Below are positions 10,118 through 19,021 of a DNA stretch of 64,000 nucleotides, one piece after another. Each line of letters starts with the position of its first letter. Position 1 is the first letter of the stretch. The notes beneath the pieces were generated by a model, which searched no databases, was not told where the DNA came from, and was given only the letters and a program-made list of their open reading frames with translations. The DNA lies in contig CAWCFX010000004.1 in assembly GCA_963795085.1 (NCBI GenBank), positions 224,001 to 288,000 on the forward strand. Reading direction: 5' to 3'. The translations under genes were made by a program, and so were the position numbers. This DNA is from an uncultured Gemmatimonadales bacterium (GTDB taxonomy: Bacteria > Gemmatimonadota > Gemmatimonadetes > Gemmatimonadales > GWC2-71-9).

Positions 10118-10177
10118 GCATGGCCAACAATACCGGCGGACCGCATATTGGGATCTCCATTCCACGGACAATCGGCC

Positions 10178-11065
10178 ATGGCTCGCAGCTTCTTCCTCCC
10201 GCTCGCCGCCGGATTGATCATCTCGGCCTGTTCCGAACGCGTCGCCCGAAATCCCCCGATTGACTTGAGTTGGCATGACACGACAATCTCCGTAGGTGGC
10301 GGGGACTCGATTCACGCCGTCCATCGGGGGATTTCCCAGAGCAGAATTCTCGTCTTCATACCCGGGCTCGCCGACACCTGGGAGTCCTACCGTGAGCTTG
10401 CCGCCGCCTTGCCGGACTCCTTCGGGATGGTCCTCATCGATGCCCTCGGACACGGGTCCTCTACCAAGCGCCCTGGCAGCATCAACGCCACCCGACAAGC
10501 CGAAGCTGTGCGGGCGCTCCTCGATTCCCTGGCCATTCAGCCGTTCGCTGTAGTCGGCCATTCCTATGGCGGCCTGATCACTCAGCACTACGGGGCCGGC
10601 AATCCAGACCTCCCCGCCGCGGTGCTGATGGCCACCATGATGACCATCGGGGGAAAACCAGAGGCCTCGGCCTGGACTGGCATGGCCGCAGTGATGCCCG
10701 ACACCGTTCCGGACGAGATACTTTCGGGGCAGCGGGAGTCCTTCTTCGGGCCGGTAGCGGATTCGGTAGTCCAGCGTTACATCAGTGCCTCCCGGGCCAG
10801 TCCGGGACATGTCTGGAGGGAAGTCATCGCCGAGGTCGCCGGGAAGGACACTCGCCCTTTGCTGGCCGGCTGGAAGCCCCGCACGCTGATCGTACTGGCG
10901 GAACATGACAAAGTCCTCGATGGCGCCAGGACGCTTGAATTGGCGGCGGCACTTCCGATGGCAGACACTGTGCGGATTCCCCGTACTTCGCACGCCATGC
11001 ACTGGGAACGGCCCGACACGGTCGCGGCGGAGCTATTGAAATTCTTGGCGACGGTATCAAACTGA
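10178..11065 (+). CDS. alpha/beta fold hydrolase, probable lipoprotein
   Basis: IISAC lipobox-like motif, DALGHGSS, VGHSYGG, SHAMHWERP. Confidence 0.85.
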   Translation: MARSFFLPLAAGLIISACSERVARNPPIDLSWHDTTISVGGGDSIHAVHRGISQSRILVFIPGLADTWESYRELAAALPDSFGMVLIDALGHGSSTKRPGSINATRQAEAVRALLDSLAIQPFAVVGHSYGGLITQHYGAGNPDLPAAVLMATMMTIGGKPEASAWTGMAAVMPDTVPDEILSGQRESFFGPVADSVVQRYISASRASPGHVWREVIAEVAGKDTRPLLAGWKPRTLIVLAEHDKVLDGARTLELAAALPMADTVRIPRTSHAMHWERPDTVAAELLKFLATVSN

Positions 11066-11227
11066 TTACGGGATCCGGATCTCCCCTATGCTGAAGGATC
11101 GGGCGGGTATCCGGATGGGGGTGAACTCGGCCCTCTATCGCGCCGCGCTGGGGGGGGAGCGGCTCGAGGATGAAGCAGGGCAGGCGGTTACAGTTTCCTT
11201 CCGCCCCCTGTTATATTCTCCCGCCCG

Positions 11228-11300
11228 GGCCAGGTAGCTCAGTTGGTAGAGCACGTGACTGAAAATCACGGTGTCGGGGGTTCAATTCCCTCCCTGGCCA
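11228..11300 (+). tRNA. trnF: tRNA-Phe (GAA); CCA not encoded
   Basis: Acceptor GGCCAGG/CCTGGCC, D arm GCTCAGTTGGTAGAGC, anticodon loop CTGAAAA, T loop GTTCAATT; upstream -10 TATATT at 11212-11217. Confidence 0.97.
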
Positions 11301-11312
11301 TTGCAGTCTTTG

Positions 11313-11339
11313 GGGCGCCTTGCCGGCGCCCTTTCTTTT
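11313..11339 (+). terminator. intrinsic terminator after tRNA-Phe
   Basis: GGGCGCC-ttgcc-GGCGCCC followed by TTTCTTTT. Confidence 0.75.
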
Positions 11340-11370
11340 GCCCCCCGGTCAACACTGAGGTTGAAATCTC

Positions 11371-12030
11371 GTGATTACAGAGCGAGCCCGCCTGGGTGGC
11401 TGGGCCTGGGTGCTGGCCATCCAGTTCTTCCTGGTGCAGGCGGTGGTCCAGTCCGCCTGGGATACCCCCTTCAGCCTCAGGACCAATTTCATCAGCGATC
11501 TTGGCAACACGGCATGCGCGGCCTATCCGCCGGGATCCGACAGCTATGTCTGCTCGCCCTGGCACGCCCTCATGAATGTCTCCTTCCTCGTGCTCGGCGC
11601 CAGCAAGGTGTTCGGTTCCATCCTTGCCTGGCCCGTATTCCGCCCCAGCCGCTGGGCGGCGGCTGGCCTGGTGCTCCTGGCAGTTTCGGGAGTCGGGGCG
11701 ATCATGGTAGGGTTGTTTCCCGAGAACGTGAACGGCACCCTGCACCGAACCGGGGCGGGACTTGACCTGGTTTCCGGGAACCTGGCCATTGTTGTTATCG
11801 GCATGGCCCTGTTGCCGGCTGGCCGTGCAGGGGACCTGGCCCTCTACTCGGTGGTTTCCGGCCTGGTTGGTCTTACCGCCCTCGGGCTCTTCGTTTCGGA
11901 GCGCTACCTCGGGTTGGGCATCGGCGGTATGGAGCGGCTCGCGGCCTACCCGATCTCTCTCTGGATGATCGTCGCCGGGGCGGCGCTGCTGGCGGGGTGG
12001 AGATTAGTACCAGCCGGGGCCAAGTTGTAA
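11371..12030 (+). CDS. DUF998 family membrane protein
   Basis: FSLRTNFISDLG, CSPWHALMN, GLFPEN..LH, GGMERLAAYP; multiple TM segments. Confidence 0.8.
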   Translation: MITERARLGGWAWVLAIQFFLVQAVVQSAWDTPFSLRTNFISDLGNTACAAYPPGSDSYVCSPWHALMNVSFLVLGASKVFGSILAWPVFRPSRWAAAGLVLLAVSGVGAIMVGLFPENVNGTLHRTGAGLDLVSGNLAIVVIGMALLPAGRAGDLALYSVVSGLVGLTALGLFVSERYLGLGIGGMERLAAYPISLWMIVAGAALLAGWRLVPAGAKL

Positions 12031-12076
12031 ATAGTGCCGTGAGTCCTGTTCTTCTCACCCGTACCCGTGGGCGATC

Positions 12077-12559
12077 ATGATCGATGGTATCAAGCGGTTC
12101 TTTTCGGAGCGTCTCGCCGGGCCGCCCGCCGGTGCTTCTCCAGCCCCGGCCCCCGAGGCGGTCACGGCGGGTCCGGCCCCGGTCCAGCTGGCCGCCTGCG
12201 CGCTGTTGCTCGAGTTGGCGCACGCCGACGGGGAGTTCACGCCTGAGGAGGAGGGGCATATTGAGCGCACTCTGGTCCATCATTTCGGACTGGACGACGC
12301 GACCGGCGCCGAACTGATCCGGCTGGCCGACGAAGAGCGGCGCCAGTCGCTGGACCATTTCCAGTTCACTCAGCTGATCGCCCAGTCCTACGACCTGGGG
12401 CAGAAGATGGTGCTGGCTGAGGTGATGTGGGGGGTGATCCTGGCGGACGGAAAACTGAGCGATCACGAAACTCACCTGGTCCGGAAGATGGCGAGCCTGA
12501 TGCAACTGGAACCGGCATACTTGTCGCAGGCGCGGCGGCAGGCGGCCGGCGAGGCCTGA
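12077..12559 (+). CDS. TerB family (tellurite-resistance-like) protein
   Basis: LAACALLLELAHADGEF..EE, WGVILADGKLSDHE. Confidence 0.88.
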   Translation: MIDGIKRFFSERLAGPPAGASPAPAPEAVTAGPAPVQLAACALLLELAHADGEFTPEEEGHIERTLVHHFGLDDATGAELIRLADEERRQSLDHFQFTQLIAQSYDLGQKMVLAEVMWGVILADGKLSDHETHLVRKMASLMQLEPAYLSQARRQAAGEA

Positions 12560-13102
12560 TTGCGCATCGTGGGCGGTCGGTTCGCCGGGCGGGACCTGGC
12601 CTCGCCCAATGATTTCCGGGTGCGGCCCACGGCGGAGCGGGTACGGGCCGCGATGCTCGATGCCCTGGCCTCCGACCTGGCCGGCGCCCGGGTGCTGGAT
12701 CTCTTTGCGGGGACCGGCGCCCTGGGCCTCGAAGCTATCTCCCGAGGCGCCGAAAGCGCCGACTTCGTGGAGTTCCGTCCCGCCAGCCTCCATGCGCTCA
12801 AGGCCAACGTAGCGGCGCTCAAACTCCGGGACCGCACCCGGATCTTCAAGAAAGACGCGATCCCCTTTGCCGGTGCGCTGGAGGCCGGGCGTTACGAGCT
12901 GGCTTTTGCTGACCCGCCCTACGGGTCCCGCCTGCTGGACCGGACCATCGAGATCTGGCGGCGGCAGGACTTCTCCCCCATACTCGCGGTTGAACATGCC
13001 CGGGACCACGCCCTCCCGGGTGGCGCCCTCCGCAAGAATTTTGAAGAGTCGGCCTTTACCATTTACCGCGCGGCGCGGGGAAGTCCGCGCCGCAGACCCT
13101 GA
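12560..13102 (+). CDS. rsmD: 16S rRNA (guanine966-N2)-methyltransferase
   Basis: MRIVGG, RPTAERVR, LDLFAGTGALGLEAISRG, DPPY; TTG start. Confidence 0.92.
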   Translation: MRIVGGRFAGRDLASPNDFRVRPTAERVRAAMLDALASDLAGARVLDLFAGTGALGLEAISRGAESADFVEFRPASLHALKANVAALKLRDRTRIFKKDAIPFAGALEAGRYELAFADPPYGSRLLDRTIEIWRRQDFSPILAVEHARDHALPGGALRKNFEESAFTIYRAARGSPRRRP

Positions 13103-13115
13103 GACCGGAGGATCC

Positions 13116-13466
13116 ATGACCACACTCAGCCGATCCACGCTGGCCGCGTCCGCGGCCCTCGTCCTGGCCCTCACGCTCCCGGAAACGGCCCACGGCCAGG
13201 ACCGTCCCGCCAAGCGTCCCCCGGCGGAAGCACCAGCCGACTCGATGCAGGTGTCCATGGACGCCATGATGCCCATGATGGGACAGATGATGATGGCAAT
13301 GATGAATGCCATGCTGGACGTTGCGGCCCAGCCGGAGACGGCCGAGAAGATGGCCACCTTCAGCAAGAACTACTTCGATGCGCTGATGCGCAAAGGATTC
13401 ACCCGGGACGAGTCGCTCCGGATCGTGATGGCGGCCAGGCTACCGTCGATGCCGGGGCAGAACTGA
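13116..13466 (+). CDS. secreted Met-rich hypothetical protein
   Basis: SD GGAGG upstream; signal peptide ending AHG-Q; MDAMMPMMGQMMMAMMNAM. Confidence 0.75.
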   Translation: MTTLSRSTLAASAALVLALTLPETAHGQDRPAKRPPAEAPADSMQVSMDAMMPMMGQMMMAMMNAMLDVAAQPETAEKMATFSKNYFDALMRKGFTRDESLRIVMAARLPSMPGQN

Positions 13467-13467
13467 A

Positions 13468-13523
13468 AGTGCAGAGAACAGAGTGCAGAGTGCAGAGTGC
13501 AGAGTGCAGAGTCCAGAGTGCAG
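13468..13523 (+). repeat. heptamer tandem repeat (AGTGCAG)x8
   Basis: agtgcag agaacag agtgcag agtgcag agtgcag agtgcag agtccag agtgcag, between two convergent stop codons. Confidence 0.92.
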
Positions 13524-13529
13524 AGCTTG

Positions 13530-15959
13530 CTACTGGTTCCTGAGGCGTTCTCTTGCCTCGACCGTGCGGGGGTGTGTTTCCCCCAGTTGACTCCGCAGGC
13601 CTTCGTAGCCTGAACGGAGCCGGGTCGCCGCTTCTTCCGGGCGATTGCGCCGGGCCAGCACTTCGCCGAGCAGGCTCTCCACCTGGGCCACGGCCCAGTG
13701 ACTCTCTCCGAACGTCGTGCGCCGCACCGCGAGGGCATCGCGCAGGGTGAGTTCGGCCAGCGCCAGGGCACCGGCGTTCAGCTGGCACTGCCCGTGTTGG
13801 AGGAGAATCACGCCGAGGGTGGGATCTCCTTCGGCCAGTTCCTTTCCCCGGAGTGCCAGCATCTCCCCCAGGTGCGGCTGTGCCGCGGCACAGCGCCCGC
13901 TCTCCACCAGGGCCGCCGTGATCATGCGCCGGGAACTCAGGGTCGCAGGATTGTAGGGTCCCAGTTCCCGGGTGTAGATCTCCACCGACCGCGCTGCCGC
14001 CTGTTCCGCCTCCCCGTATTTCCGATTGAGCACCAGGGTGCCCGCCAGCGGCTGCAAAGCCGCAGCCACCCGGATGCTTTCCCGCCCGCTCGACGCTTCG
14101 AACAGCGCCACCGCTTCCCGCAGCACCGGCTCTGCCTCGGCGTAACGGCCCAGCTGGGCCAGCGCGGTGCCCCGGTTGGCCCGGGTGATGCCCCTCAGTT
14201 CGACGTCGTCCGGGCGCAGGCGATCGAGCGCGCCCGCCACGGTGTCGTAGAGGGCGGCACCTTCGACGAGTCTGCCCTGGGCCAGCATCGCCTCGGCGAC
14301 GTTGCTCCATCCCTGCCAGATATCGGCCGAATCGGGCCGGGCCAGCCTTCCCATCATGGCGAGCGAAACCCGGTAGAGCGATTCCGCCCGGCCGGCATCA
14401 CCCACCTGGGCCTCGATGTCCGCCAGGTCGTACAGCGCGTCGGCCTGGGCCTGAGAGGGAGCGCCGGCGTCGATCTCCCGCTGCAGGCGATAGGCATCCT
14501 CGAGGAGCGGGCGCGCCTGGTCATAGAGAAACATGTCGTTGAGCGTGGAGCCCAGGGTCAGCTTGAGCGATGCGCGGAGATCGGGGTCGGCAGGAAAGGC
14601 GGTTCCGGCCTTCGCGATCGCCGAATCGATCGCCTCCATTACCGAGACGGAACGTCCCATCCGCTGGGGCCGGGCCGATGACAACACCTCCTGGAAGAAC
14701 GCGGTGACCTGCCGGGTGCGCTCCGCCTCCCGCAGGGCGTTGTCGCGTTCCCCGCGGGCGGTTCTGGCCTGGCCTACACTCACCGCGGTCGCGGTGACGA
14801 GGGCGGCGAGGGCAACGATCGCCGCGATCACCGCCGCCTTGTGGCGCCGCACCAGCTTGCCCAGCCGGTAGCCCAGCGCACCGGCCCGGGCCGTCACCGG
14901 GTCGCCGGCCAGGTAACGGCCCAGGTCATCGGCCACGGCCTGGGCCGATCGGTAGCGCTGGTCCGGCTCGGGCCGCATCGCCTTGAGCACGATACTGTCC
15001 AGGTCGCCCTGAAGCTCGGCTCTCCGGGCGCGGTCCGTCACTCCGCGGCTTGGGGGCTGGGGCTGTTGGTCCAGGATCCCGATATCGGGGGCCTCGGGAC
15101 CGTAGGGGCGCCGCCCGGCCAGCAGTTCATACAGGATCACACCCAGCGAGTAGATGTCGGTGGCGGTGGTGACCGGCTGGCCGTGGCGCTGTTCCGGACT
15201 GGCATAGACGGCGGTCATCGGCAGGGCGCCGGTCTCGGTCAGCGCGTCGCCCGACTGGGTGGGATCGAGAAGCTTGGCGATGCCGAAGTCGAGCAGCTTC
15301 ACGCTGCCATCGGCGCTCACCAGGATGTTCCGGGGTTTGAGGTCGCGGTGAATCACGAGGTGCTCGTGCGCGTACTGCACTGCCGCGCAGACCTGGCGGA
15401 AGAGCTGGACGCGCTGGGCAGCGCCGGCCTGGCGGGCCTCGCACCAGCGGTCCAGCGGCTCGCCCTCCACGAACTCCATCACGAAGAACGGCTGGCCCGC
15501 CGGGGTGACTCCCCCGTCGAGGAAGGTGGCGATGTTGCGGTGTTCCAGGCGGGCCAGGATCTGGCGCTCGTGGCGGAACCGCTGCAGCAGGGCCGCCGAG
15601 GCCCGGCCTGGCGCCACGGTCTTGAGGGCGACCCGCTTTTCAAACTGGTCGTCCACCCGGTGCGCTTCGTACACGGTACCCATCCCGCCGTGGCCGACCT
15701 CACGAATGATGCGCCAGGGCCCGACCTGATGGCCCGGGGCGGGCGCTTCGTCGTCCAGTCCCACCAGCTCGGCGGCCGAGACCTCGAAACGGCCACCGAC
15801 GCTATCGGCCGCCGCGAGGAGTCCGTGGAGCTCGCCATGCAGGGCAGGCTCCATCGCGGACAATACCTGGAGCCGGCGCTCCCGGTCGGGGAGCGGCAGC
15901 GCCTGCATCTCATCGAACAGGGCGCGGAGTCTCGCCCATTCAACGGCGTCCAAGGTCAT
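13530..15959 (-). CDS. Ser/Thr protein kinase with TM segment and C-terminal TPR repeats
   Basis: GHGGMGTVY, VALK, HRDLKPRN, DFG, YASPE; start MTLDAVEWARL at 15959. Confidence 0.92.
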   Translation of the reverse strand: MTLDAVEWARLRALFDEMQALPLPDRERRLQVLSAMEPALHGELHGLLAAADSVGGRFEVSAAELVGLDDEAPAPGHQVGPWRIIREVGHGGMGTVYEAHRVDDQFEKRVALKTVAPGRASAALLQRFRHERQILARLEHRNIATFLDGGVTPAGQPFFVMEFVEGEPLDRWCEARQAGAAQRVQLFRQVCAAVQYAHEHLVIHRDLKPRNILVSADGSVKLLDFGIAKLLDPTQSGDALTETGALPMTAVYASPEQRHGQPVTTATDIYSLGVILYELLAGRRPYGPEAPDIGILDQQPQPPSRGVTDRARRAELQGDLDSIVLKAMRPEPDQRYRSAQAVADDLGRYLAGDPVTARAGALGYRLGKLVRRHKAAVIAAIVALAALVTATAVSVGQARTARGERDNALREAERTRQVTAFFQEVLSSARPQRMGRSVSVMEAIDSAIAKAGTAFPADPDLRASLKLTLGSTLNDMFLYDQARPLLEDAYRLQREIDAGAPSQAQADALYDLADIEAQVGDAGRAESLYRVSLAMMGRLARPDSADIWQGWSNVAEAMLAQGRLVEGAALYDTVAGALDRLRPDDVELRGITRANRGTALAQLGRYAEAEPVLREAVALFEASSGRESIRVAAALQPLAGTLVLNRKYGEAEQAAARSVEIYTRELGPYNPATLSSRRMITAALVESGRCAAAQPHLGEMLALRGKELAEGDPTLGVILLQHGQCQLNAGALALAELTLRDALAVRRTTFGESHWAVAQVESLLGEVLARRNRPEEAATRLRSGYEGLRSQLGETHPRTVEARERLRNQ

Positions 15960-15984
15960 GGGTTTGGGCGTTGGAGTGGTGGTG

Positions 15985-16548
15985 CTAGGACGACAGTTCC
16001 CGCTGTAACCAGGCCCGCGCAAAGGCCCAGTCTCGCTTGGCGGTCGCCGGCGATATCTCCAGCAGGCCGGCGGCCTCCTCAATGGAGAACCCGGCGAAGT
16101 AGCGCAACTCGACCAGGCGGGCCTGCCGCTCCTCGAAACTGGCCAGGCGCTCCAGGGCTTCGTGGACCGCGAGGACCTCCGCCGATCCTTCTTCACCCAG
16201 TTCCATGGCGTTGGAATCAAGCGTGACCTGGTGGGTCCGCCCCCGCTTGGCCGCGGAGCGGCGGCGGGCATGGTCCACCAGGATCCGGCGCATCGCCTGG
16301 GCGGCGATCCCGAAAAAGTGGGACCGGCCCTGCCAGGACACACTCCGCTGGTCCACCAACCGAAAGAAGGCCTCGTGGACCAGGGCGGTCGGGCCGAGGG
16401 AGTGTTCCCCCCGCTCCCGCCGAAGCTGGCTCGCTGCCAGGCCCCGGAGCTCCTCGTAAACCAGTGGCATCAGCCGCTCCATCGCCTTCGGCTGGCCGAG
16501 GCTCAGCTGGGCGAGAAGGCGAGTGACATCGGAGGGGGAGGATTCCAC
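15985..16548 (-). CDS. ECF sigma factor, kinase-associated (TIGR02999-like)
   Basis: DVTRLL, LMPLVYEELR, HSLGPTALVHEAF, AMRRILVDHAR, ATAKRDWAFARAWL; GTG start estimated. Confidence 0.9.
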   Translation of the reverse strand: MESSPSDVTRLLAQLSLGQPKAMERLMPLVYEELRGLAASQLRRERGEHSLGPTALVHEAFFRLVDQRSVSWQGRSHFFGIAAQAMRRILVDHARRRSAAKRGRTHQVTLDSNAMELGEEGSAEVLAVHEALERLASFEERQARLVELRYFAGFSIEEAAGLLEISPATAKRDWAFARAWLQRELSS

Positions 16549-16725
16549 GAGGTCCTGGGCAGGGGACTGCCCATTCTGCCCCTTCCCCCCTACACGCGCA
16601 AGGCGGACGGTCCATGGGTCAGTGAGTCCAGGGAGCTGGATGAGCCGTTTCGCCGGCTGCCTGCGCGTGGGAGAGTAGAGCGGCTGGTAGCCGGCCGCCT
16701 CTTGGTCCCTGCACGGAGGTCTCCC

Positions 16726-17448
16726 ATGCTGAAATCCCTGGCGGCGGTTCTTTTCCTGGGTTCGGTCCTGGCCTGTGGTGGCGGCGGTGATGGTGGGGGT
16801 GGTGGGCAGGTTATCCAGGTCGGCAATAACCTGGACTTTGTTCCGACCAGTGGGGTCGCCTGCCAGGACGGGTATCCGGTCCAGATCAACCCCAGCTTTC
16901 CCCAGCCGTTCACCATGCAGGGCGCCCAGTCCTGTATGCTGATCACCTTCTTTCCTGGAGCCCACCCTGCTGCCGCCGGTACGGTGGTGGCGGCCAATAT
17001 CCGGATTGGGCCGGTGACGGGCCCGATGCGGTTCGTGAAGGCCCGGATTCTCTACTCGCATCCCTCCGGCCAGGCCTGCTGCTCGGTCCAGCAGTATGGC
17101 CCCGTCTTCACCCCGCCGGCCAACGCCATATCGACCGTCAACCTCGGGTTCGTCATGACCGAGGAGAGTGTGCCGGCGCCGGGGGACAACCGCATCGTGG
17201 CCAACGACCTGGTGGCGCTGGAGGTGTTGGCCCCGGATGTGCCCATCCCGGGCGTGTGGACCAACAACGGCGGGTCGGATTTGCTGCTTCCCAACTATGC
17301 CTACTTTCCGTCCTTCACCACCCGCGGCCTCAATGCTCCGACCCAGAACCTCCGGTCCGATGGGAGCTACAGCGGCTTTCTCCCCGCATTCAACCTCAAC
17401 TACCGGGTAGCGGGACAGAGCGCTCCCCTCACCGGACCGGAAGAGTGA
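16726..17448 (+). CDS. hypothetical lipoprotein, Cys-containing
   Basis: SD GGAGG; lipobox VLAC followed by a Gly linker. Confidence 0.75.
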   Translation: MLKSLAAVLFLGSVLACGGGGDGGGGGQVIQVGNNLDFVPTSGVACQDGYPVQINPSFPQPFTMQGAQSCMLITFFPGAHPAAAGTVVAANIRIGPVTGPMRFVKARILYSHPSGQACCSVQQYGPVFTPPANAISTVNLGFVMTEESVPAPGDNRIVANDLVALEVLAPDVPIPGVWTNNGGSDLLLPNYAYFPSFTTRGLNAPTQNLRSDGSYSGFLPAFNLNYRVAGQSAPLTGPEE

Positions 17449-18992
17449 GCGCGCCCTCCGGCCGCGCCTGGCTCCGGCCCCGCAACGTCGCCCTGGGCCT
17501 GCTGGCTATGGGCGTGGTCTCCTATGCCATGGACCACAATGACACCGGTGCTTCCCCGATCTTCCAGCAGGGTGACCAGGGTTTCCCAGCCGACGAGGCT
17601 CCCATCGTGAGCGGCAACCCGGCCCGCCACCAGGATCCCAGGGGGTTTGAACTGGACCGGCCCGAGCGCTGGGAGATCGAGGCTCTCAGCCTCGGCGAAA
17701 TCAGCGTGAGGGCGCCCGGCGGCGAGACCGGCGTTCTCATTCGCGCCCGAGCGGTGCAGGGGGACCTCTCCCGCTGGCTAGCCGAGGCGTACCCTGCCAC
17801 TGAGCGGACGCTGGCCGGGGGGACGCTGGTCGAGGGCCGCGCTCAGGGAGGCGACGTTGCGCGCGCCACCTACCGGGTGCGGGCAGGCAACAGGCTGGCC
17901 ACCGCCGTGGCCGTGCGTCGCGGTGGCGTGGCGACCATCTTCGTGGCGTATGCGCCGGCGGATCGTTACCCGGAGGAACTGCCCCGGCTGACCAGTATCC
18001 TGGAGAGCTTCAGATTCACCAACCGAGGCGATCGCCCGGTTGCCCGTCCCGCGGCGCGCTTCGTTCGCTGGGTCGAACCGCATGAGCAGGCGTTCTCGAT
18101 GGAGATCCCGGAAGGATGGCGGCCGGAGGGCGGGCTGCTTCGCCGGGCGGACGGTGTTCGGGTGGCCGCGCAGATGACCTCGCCGGACGGGGCGGCATTC
18201 ATGTTTTTCGGCGATGGGTCGGTGCCTTCCTATTTCGTGTACCCCAGCCAGGTGGCGCTTTCGCTCGGCAGCCGGGAAGGCTACCCGACCGGGCCCAACG
18301 GTCCGATCATGCTGCGCTTCCTGGAGGCGGAGGTGATGGGGCGGCGCATCCTGGAGCAGCGATTCGGCTCGGTAGAGGTGGTGACCGCGCATCAGCGGCC
18401 CGACCTGATCGAAACATTGCGGAGGAACCCCGCGCTGCAGGGCGGCCCGTCCCAGTTGAGCGCGGCCGAACTCGAGTTCCGGCTTGCCGATGGACGGCTC
18501 GGGATCCTTGCGCTCAGCACCCAGGGGCAGCCGGTTCAGGATCTCGGCGGAACCTGGCGGGTTGACCATATCCACGGGTTTGTGGCTCCGCCCGAACGGG
18601 CCGGCGAGACCGGCATGGCTCTGGCCCGGGCTGTCGGCACCTCCCGCGAGAGCCCGGCCTGGCGGGTCGGAGAAGCCGCGCACCAGGGCCGGATGTCCGC
18701 CCAGTACCAGGAGTACGTGGCCTATTCCTCCAATCTCCAGCGGCAGACGCTGGAAGCGCGCTGGGCCTCTGACGTGGCCCGGCAGGCGGGACGGCGCGAC
18801 ATCCTTGGGGGGACGGTCCGGCTGCAGGATCCCGTAAGTGGCGAACGGTTCGAGACCGGGGGGCAGGACCGATACTACTACCGCGTCATGGACGGCCGGG
18901 GGAACACCGGGATCGGAACCGACACGGACTTCAGTCCGGCACCGGAACTCGACCTGCGCCGAATGCTGCAAGTGGGGGTGGACGTGCCGTAG
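17445..18992 (+). CDS. membrane-anchored hypothetical protein with an apparent internal duplication
   Basis: GTGA overlap; N-terminal TM; similar segments DPRGFELDRPERW and EPHEQAFSMEIPEGW. Confidence 0.72.
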   Translation: MSAPSGRAWLRPRNVALGLLAMGVVSYAMDHNDTGASPIFQQGDQGFPADEAPIVSGNPARHQDPRGFELDRPERWEIEALSLGEISVRAPGGETGVLIRARAVQGDLSRWLAEAYPATERTLAGGTLVEGRAQGGDVARATYRVRAGNRLATAVAVRRGGVATIFVAYAPADRYPEELPRLTSILESFRFTNRGDRPVARPAARFVRWVEPHEQAFSMEIPEGWRPEGGLLRRADGVRVAAQMTSPDGAAFMFFGDGSVPSYFVYPSQVALSLGSREGYPTGPNGPIMLRFLEAEVMGRRILEQRFGSVEVVTAHQRPDLIETLRRNPALQGGPSQLSAAELEFRLADGRLGILALSTQGQPVQDLGGTWRVDHIHGFVAPPERAGETGMALARAVGTSRESPAWRVGEAAHQGRMSAQYQEYVAYSSNLQRQTLEARWASDVARQAGRRDILGGTVRLQDPVSGERFETGGQDRYYYRVMDGRGNTGIGTDTDFSPAPELDLRRMLQVGVDVP

Positions 18993-19021
18993 ATCGGCGG
19001 CAGGCAGATATCTTTCCGCTC

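Noticed and set aside
11088..11237. Short ORF MLKDRAGIRMGVNSALYRAAL...
   Set aside because: It runs through the tRNA promoter into the tRNA, has no SD and no recognisable motif.
13468..13523. Possible CRISPR array
   Set aside because: 7-bp units without spacers; no cas genes in the window.
11228..13530. tRNA-Phe as a possible integration site for an island
   Set aside because: No integrase, and I saw no duplicated tRNA 3' end; the downstream genes (rsmD, TerB-like) look like core genome.
15960..16343. Track N-terminal extension of the kinase (937 aa) suggesting a sigma-kinase fusion or frameshift
   Set aside because: The extension is an alternate frame of the ECF gene, which has its own stop at 15985; the kinase has a typical start at 15959.
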